From positions 660,001-692,000 of the forward strand of contig NC_018267.1 in assembly GCF_000306885.1 (NCBI RefSeq): DNA of 32,000 nucleotides. Direction: 5' to 3'. The number at the start of each line of letters is the position of its first letter. The first letter of the stretch is position 1. Positions 18,706-27,365 of this stretch are shown here, piece after piece. Position numbers and translations under genes: made by a program. This DNA is from Wolbachia endosymbiont of Onchocerca ochengi. GTDB taxonomy: Bacteria > Pseudomonadota > Alphaproteobacteria > Rickettsiales > Anaplasmataceae. The notes under the pieces are model-generated. The model saw only the letters and a program-made list of their open reading frames with translations, was not told the origin of the DNA and made no database searches.

Positions 18706-19356
18706 TTACGTCAGCTTTAAAGCTACAGTCATTCCTTCATCAGTTGGAATTAACACAGAGTAATACTTTTTTTCGTCTGACAGACGATAATTAAATTCTC
18801 TCATAGCATACCATGATTTTTCTGATACTTTTTTTGGAGGTGATTTCAAAAATACCGTGTTAAACAATAGAGTATTATCAGCAACGATTAGTCCATCTTG
18901 TTTAATATGTAGCTCTGCCCAATCTAAGTATTTAGGATAATCACTCTTGTTAGCATCGATAAATATCATATCAAATGGTGCTTGTGTTGATAACTCGTTC
19001 AATTTTTCCGATGCGCTGCCTTCTATTAAAGTAATTTTATTATTCAGATTAAAAGCACTAAAATTTTTTCTTGCTATACTTGAGTGTTTGTGGTTATTCT
19101 CTACCGTGTATACATGGCCGTGCTCAGGCATAGCTTTTGCCATACAAATCGATGAGTAACCGTATAACGTGCCGATTTCAACGATACTTCTTACTTTGTG
19201 AATTTTTATAAATAAACTAAGTAACTTTCCTTCTTCAGCGCTAATTTGAATATGTTTCTTACTTTTAAGTATACAATGCTCCTCTATTTTTTTGCATTCC
19301 TTTACAAATAAGTCTCTTATGTATGATGATTTAGTGCTGGAGTTATTACGTGTCAT
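18706..19356 (-). CDS. Class I SAM-dependent O-methyltransferase (family 3, caffeoyl-CoA OMT-like)
   Basis: 216 aa. VEIGTLYGYSS (SAM motif I), FDMIFIDANKSDY, LIVADNTLL. Convergent with the GST gene, with a 1-nt gap. Confidence 0.8.
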   Translation of the reverse strand: MTRNNSSTKSSYIRDLFVKECKKIEEHCILKSKKHIQISAEEGKLLSLFIKIHKVRSIVEIGTLYGYSSICMAKAMPEHGHVYTVENNHKHSSIARKNFSAFNLNNKITLIEGSASEKLNELSTQAPFDMIFIDANKSDYPKYLDWAELHIKQDGLIVADNTLLFNTVFLKSPPKKVSEKSWYAMREFNYRLSDEKKYYSVLIPTDEGMTVALKLT

Positions 19357-19592
19357 ATTTCGTACTAAAAATTTGACTTACGTAAAATACATATACAACT
19401 TGAGATAGTAAAACATTTACCTTAAGTTACTATTTTACAGCGTAAAATTTTAAGTGACAAAAATTATTATATATAATATTATAATTAACTAGTATAACAG
19501 TTGGTCAATTGTTGTACACTAGAATTGAAGGGGCTGCTTACACGCATTTCTCTTTTATTAAAAGATAATTTTTATATCAATTAGAGGGGTAT

Positions 19593-19871
19593 ATGTCTTA
19601 TAATATTGCTGGTGAAGTTGAATCGTTAAATAAAAAATCCAATAAAGACGAAGGGGTTGCATTACTGCATAACCCAGCTTATCGTGAGAAATATAGGGAA
19701 CGTTTTGATGAAGCTCAGAAGAAAGTTATGGATATGGTTCAATTTTATGATGGAACTATAATGTTAATAGAAAATAAAATTGCTATGTATTACTATGCCT
19801 GGCACAGTAAAAAAAGAGAGTTTGAGCGCAAAAAACAGCAAGCAGTGATGAAAAGCGACAATACAGCATAG
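19593..19871 (+). CDS. Hypothetical protein (92 aa, charged; no family recognised)
   Basis: The ORF has gagggg 6 nt upstream of the ATG and lies in its own intergenic slot. I recognise no motif. Coding status is not proven. Confidence 0.4.
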   Translation: MSYNIAGEVESLNKKSNKDEGVALLHNPAYREKYRERFDEAQKKVMDMVQFYDGTIMLIENKIAMYYYAWHSKKREFERKKQQAVMKSDNTA

Positions 19872-19909
19872 TAATCTTTTATGTGATAAGCTACAGTGGT
19901 ATTGTTTCA

Positions 19910-20605
19910 CTATGGCTTTTTCACATAGTCATCTATTATGTTAGCTAAGTACTCTAGTGTTTTATACCCTTCATGTTTAATTTTGTTATGTTCTACATAT
20001 GATTTATCGTTGTTAAGCTTGATAAAAAATATTGGAGTACCTGTGACGCCGAGTTTATTAATTGCTAGTGACTTATCGTTTATGACTTTATCCATTATTT
20101 TCCTATCATTGATGCATTGATTGAATGTGCTTTGCTTTAAATTACTTAGTGCAGCAACTTTTTGTAATACAGTTAAGTCACTTAAATTAGAGTAGTTCCA
20201 TGAATCTATTAAATTAAAAACAGCTTTATTAAAGTTAAAATAGTCTTCTGTTCTTTCGTAACAATGGCTTAGCATTGCAGCTTTTAATCCCCTATAATCC
20301 ATAGGGAAATGACGAAATATATATAACATTTTTCCTGTATCTATGTATTTCTTTTTAATTTTGGGGAAAACTTCTTTATGGAAAAGATAACAGTGATAGC
20401 AAGTAAGTGAAGCATATTCAATCATTAGAATTGGTGCCTTTGGATCTCCTAATAATTTATCGTCAGCTAAAGGTGATAGCAGCTCCTTTGGTGTTATCTC
20501 ACTAGTTTTTTGAGTATACTGATCATCGGATAAGCCTTCCTTAACAACCGTATAAGAATTAATACTTATGAAAATTAATGCAAAAAACATCAGCCTAAAG
20601 ATCAT
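19910..20605 (-). CDS. dsbA: DsbA-family thiol:disulfide oxidoreductase (periplasmic)
   Basis: 231 aa with an N-terminal signal segment, a thioredoxin active site CYHC, and a cis-Pro loop GVTGTPIFFI. As I recall, a CYHC active site was reported for Wolbachia alpha-DsbA1. Confidence 0.8.
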   Translation of the reverse strand: MIFRLMFFALIFISINSYTVVKEGLSDDQYTQKTSEITPKELLSPLADDKLLGDPKAPILMIEYASLTCYHCYLFHKEVFPKIKKKYIDTGKMLYIFRHFPMDYRGLKAAMLSHCYERTEDYFNFNKAVFNLIDSWNYSNLSDLTVLQKVAALSNLKQSTFNQCINDRKIMDKVINDKSLAINKLGVTGTPIFFIKLNNDKSYVEHNKIKHEGYKTLEYLANIIDDYVKKP

Positions 20606-20668
20606 TGCAGTATAAATATTAATTGACTAAAAAACTATACGTTTACATAAATAATGTCAAGCTAACTT

Positions 20669-21117
20669 TTAGTTAGCAAGGCTTTTAACTCTATCTTTGA
20701 ATGCAGCAATTATTTTGCTTTGTGTATATTTATATACTGAGTTTAACAAAGTTGAAAGTAAGCTAGAATTGAACTCAAATTCTATATAAAAATTCACCAC
20801 GGTTTTATTTTCATCTATAAAAATAAATTTCCACTCGTTGTATAAACATTTAAATATTCCATTTGATGATACAGCTTTTACCCAACCTTCATTTGTTTTG
20901 CTTGGAGAAAGAAAAGTTACTTCTGATGTATAACTGCCTTTGATATGATGAAAAGCTGCTAATAAATCTACAACCATCTGGTTATGATTTTTTTTTTTAT
21001 GTAAACAGCTTTGCACCAGGGAATAAAATCAGGATACTTCTCAACATTGATTACAACCTGAAATATATTACTAGGTGAACAGAGAAAAATATCTTGTTCT
21101 TTGTGTTGGTAGAGCAT
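20669..21117 (-). pseudogene. ratA: RatA / COQ10-like START-domain (SRPBCC) protein gene, split by a frameshift in an A11 tract
   Basis: The two ORF-track pieces (20968-21198 and 20669-21016) join at T11 on the plus strand (20988-20998). The N-part reads IFQVVINVEKYPDFIPWCKAVYIKKK. The C-part reads KKKNHNQMVVDLLAAF...NEWKFIF...FYIEFEFNS...AAFKDRVK. This is colinear with E. coli RatA (YQLVNDVQSYPQFLPGC...GGWKFTP...FHLDFEF...QAFTVRAK). The span is 449 nt, and one extra A would restore a 149-aa ORF. The likely start is the Met at 21117. Confidence 0.8.
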
Positions 21118-21539
21118 AAATCTAACTAACTGAGTAGAATCCGTATCTATTGTCAGTCTTAGTAGATTCCTGAGACCTGAAGTTAAGGTGGGTATCACAT
21201 ATTAACTCTAATAAAATCAATAGAGGTAATTCCCTTGACTAAAAATTATCGCTCGGGAAACTTAACTCAACTAATAACATATAGAACAGATTCTCATGAA
21301 GTATAACTAGTTTTTATAAGTCGTGTCTATAGATATATTTATAATTACTAATAAAATTAACTATATCTAACCTTTGTTAAATTTTATGTCCTAAGTGTCA
21401 TAATCAATAAATATATTTTGTAAATTTTACTAAAATTTTAATCATTATTATTTCCACTATCATTTCTTTAAGAGCTACATTAACTATGTAGATCATAAAA
21501 TTTTTGTGTATTTTATAAAGCAACAGTGGTAGCATATTT

Positions 21540-21890
21540 ATGGAGAGAAATAAAAAAATCGAGAATAAGTATATAAAAAACTTCAGGAGATCATTCGAAA
21601 TAATGTTAACCCCAAAAAATATCCCAATTTGTTATGGGGAAACATTCGACTTTGATTACTTAAAAAAAGAGAAAGTTTTTTTATAGAATATGAAATGTAT
21701 CTTACGAGTTTGTGCATTAAAATCTTGTATAAGTACATGAGTAATAGCGAGATGACTCTAATTAGCTGAGTAGTTGATGATAAAATTTGTTTGATTAGTA
21801 GAAGGTTTTCTTACAGCAACAAAGAATTTGTGAATACTGATTTTAAAGTTACTAAGGATGACAATTCCTTATTAATAATTGATGTGTAAT
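21540..21890 (+). pseudogene. Possible accD (acetyl-CoA carboxylase carboxyltransferase beta) relic
   Basis: TPKNIPICYGETFDFDYLKKEKVFL*NMKC aligns almost without gaps to the E. coli AccD zinc-finger region [31 protein letters not shown] (P, C, E and KC coincide). A frame-shifted EMTLIS*VVDD follows (cf. RNRLHSLLDE). The position directly upstream of folC matches the accD-folC linkage of E. coli. Only about 350 bp remain. Confidence 0.3.
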
Positions 21891-21994
21891 AAATGGTATA
21901 AGTATTTCTATTAATCAACGCTAATTCAGTGAGAAAATTGATACATATGTTATAATAAGTGTTACAAGTGAATTAAAATGCAATAACAATCTAT

Positions 21995-23296
21995 ATGATA
22001 TACATGCCTCATTGGCCTAAGCCGCTTGGTAGCAGAACAAGAGATTTTACTCTTGAGCGCATAAAAAGTTTCCTAAATAAGTTAGGAAACCCTGAGAAAA
22101 AAATGCCTCCAGTAATTCATATAGCTGGAACTAATGGGAAAGGTTCAACATTATCCTTTATAAGGTACATGCTGCAAGCAGCAAGGTATAAGGTACATGC
22201 ATACACTTCTCCGCATTTAGTAAATTTTAATGAAAGGATAGTTGTTGCAGGTAGTTATATTGACGACAATGAATTACATGATTTATTAGAAGAGTGTCGC
22301 AGTGTAATTGCAGATCAATCTATCACTTTGTTTGAAGCTATAACTATTGCAGCTTTTTTAGTCTTTTCTCGCCATGAAGCCGATATTACTTTAATTGAGG
22401 TAGGCATGGGTGGAAGACTAGATGCAACAAATGTTATAAATAATCCAATTTTAACGATCATTACTTCCATTGCACTTGATCATACAGAATACCTTGGTCC
22501 TACTTTAGAGATCATAGCAGGTGAAAAAGCTGGAATAATGAAACGTGATGTTCCTTGTGTAATAGCCCCACAGGAGAAATCGATAATGAATACGCTAGAA
22601 CGTTGTGCAATAAACAGTAGATCACCTTTGTTTAGAGGTGGCTTTGAGTGGAGTTGTAAAAAACAGAATAGCAAAATGATTTTTCAATCAACTATTCAAT
22701 CAGTAAAATTTCCTTTGCCATCTTTAAATGGTAACCATCAAATAATTAATGCAGGAAATGCTATTGCAGCATGTAGCATTTTGAGTGGAAAGTACGGGCT
22801 TAATATTGGGAAGGAGGATATTACTTTAGGGCTGCAACACACCTATTGGCCTGGACGACTAGAGCTTATAAGAGAAGGCAATTTAGTTTCTTTATTACCG
22901 GGAGATTGGCAATTATTTTTAGATGGTGCACACAATAACGATGGTGCAAGAGTATTAGCTGAGTGGATAAAAGATAATTTTGCTGAAGGTATCTATGTAA
23001 TTTTCGGTATTACGCGTAATAGAAGTGTGGAAGAGTTTTTAGAATATTTAAAACCATATATTAAACTATTATGTGTGGTTTGTGTAAAATCTGAACCTAA
23101 AGCAGTAAGTACGGGTTTAATTAGAGAAAAAGCCAATAATATAGGAATAAATGCTATCGAATGTGAGTCAATTAGTGATGCTATATTAAATCACATACTA
23201 AAAGCTTCTGTTCAAAATATTAAAACCATATTAATTTGTGGTTCATTATTTTTGGCCAGAGATTTTGCTATGGAGAACTTCTATAATTTTATGTAA
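21995..23296 (+). CDS. folC: Bifunctional folylpolyglutamate synthase / dihydrofolate synthase
   Basis: 433 aa. HIAGTNGKGS (Mur-ligase P-loop), YTSPHL, EVGMGGRLD, WPGRLE, DGAHN. Confidence 0.9.
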   Translation: MIYMPHWPKPLGSRTRDFTLERIKSFLNKLGNPEKKMPPVIHIAGTNGKGSTLSFIRYMLQAARYKVHAYTSPHLVNFNERIVVAGSYIDDNELHDLLEECRSVIADQSITLFEAITIAAFLVFSRHEADITLIEVGMGGRLDATNVINNPILTIITSIALDHTEYLGPTLEIIAGEKAGIMKRDVPCVIAPQEKSIMNTLERCAINSRSPLFRGGFEWSCKKQNSKMIFQSTIQSVKFPLPSLNGNHQIINAGNAIAACSILSGKYGLNIGKEDITLGLQHTYWPGRLELIREGNLVSLLPGDWQLFLDGAHNNDGARVLAEWIKDNFAEGIYVIFGITRNRSVEEFLEYLKPYIKLLCVVCVKSEPKAVSTGLIREKANNIGINAIECESISDAILNHILKASVQNIKTILICGSLFLARDFAMENFYNFM

Positions 23297-23325
23297 GCGA
23301 TAATTTACAGCTTAGAAAATAAGCT

Positions 23326-24243
23326 CTATTTCTTATAGTAGATACTATTTGATAAATTTTTATCAGCTTTTACAAGTAAATTACTACCTTGAAACTGTTT
23401 CTCAATTAAATTTACAGCTGTCTTTTTGAGAATGTAATTAACTGCATCTCCTTAAAACAAGGTAAAACAACAACTAAAAGTGTGAATGACAATAAAAAGT
23501 AGCAACTTAGATACCTAAAGTGGAGCTGGTGAAATAAAAACCATTAATAGCTAAATTTAATCTCACATCATAAAACATTAAAGATGTAAAATTACTTTGC
23601 CTAAGATAATTGAATTTTTTAGCCACTAGTTTTATCACTTTTCAAAAAATTTTTGCATTCTTGATCAAAGTTAACTAATAATAAAAGCCAATTAGCCTGG
23701 TTAAAATTTTTCTGTTTTAAACATAAATGCTCTTAATAATTGAATTCAAAACGAAACTTGCTGATGAGAAAGCAGAAAACTATACTGCTATGGGTAGATT
23801 ATAATTAACACCATTGCTTATAAAAAATTTAGTAGATAAGGAGAATAACAGAATCCTTCCTAAAAGGAAGTAAGCAGAATACTTGGAGCAAGTATATAAC
23901 TATTAATTGACTGCTGCTTATTAAAGGCATTTACTTTTGCTCTTTCGTTGTCTAGATGTTTTGTAATTCCTTGTAATCATGATTGAATAATTTACCACAT
24001 AACTCTTTTACTAAAGTATTTTTTATCAGGATCGTTTTCCAACGGTTTTATTATGAATTCTTTAAGAATAAGATTATTTGATAAAGTAATCTTAAATTTC
24101 TGCTCTACTTCTTTATTGTTTTGATTTTTACCTGAATGATATTCCAACGATAATTTATGGTATTGTGTATTGAACTTTTCCTCAGTACTTCAATACTAAA
24201 CAATATTAGAGTTTGCTATATTCTCCTTCTGAATATCAAACAT
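23326..24243 (-). pseudogene. CbpA/DnaJ-like J-domain co-chaperone gene, decayed
   Basis: In minus sense from the ATG at 24243: MFDIQKENIANSNIV*Y*STEEKFNTQYHKLSLEYHSGKNQNNKEVEQKFKITLSNNLILKE. This is the J-domain pattern (.eeik.aYrkLa.kyHPDkN....ae.kFkei..Ay.vL.d) with two in-frame stops and HPD changed to HSG. The C-terminal 42 codons (23451-23326) read GDAVNYILKKTAVNLIEKQFQGSNLL, cf. the DnaJ C-terminal GDL.V...V..P..L...Q..LL. The middle is riddled with stops. The 918-bp span fits CbpA size. Confidence 0.55.
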
Positions 24244-24479
24244 CAAAAATAATTACTTTAAAGTGCGATATTTATTCTTACTTAAACTCTTTTTATATAA
24301 GGTAGTCTATACTATAATACACTACACCCCAAGTTTACTAGTTATAAATTCATATTTCTAGATTAGTCAACTATTTCATTGATCTCTTTTTTTTCTAAGT
24401 GGTCTTTAAGAATTGTTCTTATCATAAATTTTTCCTATAAGAACTATATTTTTCTCCAGAGGAAAGTTATATTGTAGCC

Positions 24480-25643
24480 ATGGACAATATAATCATAAAA
24501 AAATTTGGTGGGACTTCATTAACTGACTTAAATCGAGTTGCAAACTTAATAAAAAAAGATGTTGAGAAAGGTTGCAATGTAGTCGTTGTTGTTTCTGCTG
24601 TTGCAGGATTGACTGACCAAATGGTCTTTCAGGCTAGACAAATCTCAAATTTAAGCTGCAGAGGAGAACTATCAGAATATGATGTTCTACTTTCGGCAGG
24701 AGAACAGATTTCTTGTGGCCTATTAGCAATCACTCTTCAATCTATTGGAGTGAACGCTAAATCTTGGCTTGCTTGGCAGTTACCAATCATGACTGATGAT
24801 TTTCATTCTGAGTCTAAAATAAAAACAATAAAGATCGATCTTTTGAAAAGATCTTTTGCTGAAGGTTACACTGTCGCAATTATTGCTGGTTTTCAGGGCA
24901 TACATGGTAATAGAATCACTACTTTTGGCAGAGGAGGCTCTGATATATCAGCAGTTGCCCTCGCAGTAGCTTTTAATGTTAAGGTTTGTGAGATTTTTAC
25001 TGATATCGATGGAATATATACAGCTAATCCAAAAATTGTTCCAAAGGCACATAAGCTTAAGTTTGTTTCTTACGATGAAATGTTGGAGATGTCGTTATCT
25101 GGTGCTAAAATACTGCATAATCGTTCAGTACAGCTTGCAATGAAACATAATATTAAAATACAAGTGCTATCTACTTTTAAAAAGGTAGAAGGGACTGTGG
25201 TACTGCATGAAAAAGATGTGCTGGAGAGGTATACAATTACTGGAATAACTTGTAGTACTAATGAAGTCCTTGTGACTTTTGCTAATCTTGCAAGTACCTT
25301 ACATATTTTAAAGGATATGGTAAGGACAAACATGAAAATTAATATGATACACGGGTCAGGTTTTGTGATTCCTGAGTTTGATATCGATTTAATGAAAAAA
25401 TTACTGAGCAAAAATGAGAATCATGTTATAAACAGTAATATAGCTAGAATTTCAATAATTGGTATTGGTGTTATGTCTAATGCTGAAGTAATGCATCGTA
25501 TACTCGAGGTCTTGAGTGAAAAAAACATAGAAGTACTTGCTATCACAGCATCTGAAATCAAAATCAGTATAATCATTCAGAGAGAATGTGCTGAAGCCCT
25601 AGTTAAAGATTTATATACTGAGTTGATGTGTAGCACTAAATAG
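24480..25643 (+). CDS. lysC: Aspartate kinase
   Basis: 387 aa. IIKKFGGTSL, VVVVSA, GRGGSDISAVALA, TDIDGIYTANP, and a C-terminal ACT-like region. Confidence 0.9.
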   Translation: MDNIIIKKFGGTSLTDLNRVANLIKKDVEKGCNVVVVVSAVAGLTDQMVFQARQISNLSCRGELSEYDVLLSAGEQISCGLLAITLQSIGVNAKSWLAWQLPIMTDDFHSESKIKTIKIDLLKRSFAEGYTVAIIAGFQGIHGNRITTFGRGGSDISAVALAVAFNVKVCEIFTDIDGIYTANPKIVPKAHKLKFVSYDEMLEMSLSGAKILHNRSVQLAMKHNIKIQVLSTFKKVEGTVVLHEKDVLERYTITGITCSTNEVLVTFANLASTLHILKDMVRTNMKINMIHGSGFVIPEFDIDLMKKLLSKNENHVINSNIARISIIGIGVMSNAEVMHRILEVLSEKNIEVLAITASEIKISIIIQRECAEALVKDLYTELMCSTK

Positions 25644-26599
25644 TGATCTTATATATTAGCGACTTCCTTTGTTAAAAAATTCAGAAAAATGTTGTATAAC
25701 CTTTTTAATAGAGACTTTGGTAAAACTTACGTAAGCTTTAAAAGCAAAATAACCTTTAACAAGGAAGTATTAGAATGTTTTAAATGGACTAGTTGAAATA
25801 AAAAATGAATCTATTAAAGAGCTAACAGAAAAATTGATATTAGGAGAAATTAAAAAATGTGAAAGATAGAATATTAATTGAGCGCACTGCTAAACTTCAT
25901 ATTTCAGGTGCAAAAAACAGTTGTTTTAATAGATACTAAATGAGATTAAAAGATATCAGATAGAACTCAAAAAGGTATAAGGTTAAGTCTCTAAAAAATG
26001 TTAGTAAAAAGGACTTACAAAGGCTCTCAAAAAAAAATATAGAAAGAACATTTAGGTCAGAGAAAAATAAAATGTTGTAGAGCCGTTATTTTAGATCTCC
26101 CAGAGGCAATGTTTGACTTTTCTAGTTTTAGTAGCTGTAATATAAGGTTTTTCTATTTCTTAAGAAATAAATAACTTCAAATTCACTAACTTGACGTTGG
26201 TGTTTTAGTACTCAGATAACTGAAACGCTGGTGTACCTATACTTGATCTTACCCAGAAAAAGTAGAGAGAAAGTTTGCCTTTCGCTTCAAAAGCTAATCT
26301 GCCACGACTTCAACATGGCCATTTCTTTTTGTTGTCAGTTTTGTCTTTGTTTGCTTTTAATTAGTTTCTAAAGTCGGATTTATCAGCTGATCTTTGAATG
26401 ATCCGGTATCTTGTAGATTTCTTTTTAGCTAGAATTTTAGTGACTTTAACATTGATTCTTCTGGCTCTTTGAGTAATTTTTAGTCATTAAATAGTAAAAA
26501 TGCGTTCAACTTGACAACCAGGTTTTACATTCATATTTTTTTAACGCTTGTCTTTTTGTTTATAGCTTAGCACAGTTTAGATATATCTAAATAATATAG

Positions 26600-27299
26600 T
26601 TTAACTTAATTCCACTTCAGTTAAATAATTTTAAAAAATATTTACGCCATTTTTTAAAATCTTGCCGTTAGGAGTTCATGTAGTAAAATCTACAAATGGC
26701 TTTTCATGACTAACTTTTGAATATATTAGCTTTAATGGCTAACTTATTAATCATTCAATATAATTTATTTTATACTTTTGAGTAGAACTGTTTTGTTATT
26801 TCTGAAGTCAAACTGCAATTGGCAGAAGCATTTGGCATAAATATCTGTAATTTTTATAAAATCTATACTATGAAGCTTGCACTTCTCCAATCTTTTTAGT
26901 TAGCTCATTAAAATAATATCCATCGAACTTGTTACCGCTCTTCAGTAGTTTGCTATCTAATGCGAACCTTTTAATGATGCACCTCTTCAAAACTTTTGTA
27001 GAACATACTCTAATGTTTTTGCTTTCTGGGAATTTACTTTATCACTAACAGATGAAATTGTATCTAAATTGCAAAATTGTGTAAGATAACTTTTACCATT
27101 AAAAGCACAGTTATTTCCATTTTAGAAATAACCGCTTTCTCCTATAGTTTACTGAGTTTAAATATATTTTTTGTATGCTCAGCAAAATAGCCTGAAGTTA
27201 TATACCAAATAACTCTGAAATTTTTTTCTGCATGAGCTAAATATCCTACTTGATTAATACAAAAACATTGACTCTCGCATTTTTGCTTGGAGTTATGCA
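26600..27299 (-). mobile_element. Decayed IS5-family (IS427/IS1031-group-like) transposase relic, the better preserved copy
   Basis: The minus-sense reading spans three frames and is colinear with the recalled consensus. Blocks are FRVIWYITSGYF (cf. LNgIlYvLRTGc.W), NLDTISSVSDKVNSQKAK (IDST.VrAHqhaaGAKK), RGASLKGSH (RGG.sTKIH), LKSGNKFDG (LT.Gq.HD), FYKNYRYL (ADKgYDS..iR..L), AV*LQK*QN (pvIP.r.NR), KYKINYIE (LYK.Rh.IE) and KPFVDFTT*TPNGKI (K.FRriATRYDK...). At least 8 stops. Confidence 0.55.
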
Positions 27300-27365
27300 T
27301 AACAAATTTTACTTTCTAGTATTCTCTCAGTTGTTTTTATACATAATTTCTCATTTGTATGAAAT

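Noticed and set aside
20669-21198. RatA read as the toxin of a type II toxin-antitoxin system (a possible defence or addiction module).
   Set aside because: There is no small partner ORF adjacent. The protein is the housekeeping START/COQ10-like form found as a single gene in Rickettsiales. The N-terminal 27 codons of the ORF-track product (to 21198) look like read-through upstream of the true Met at 21117.
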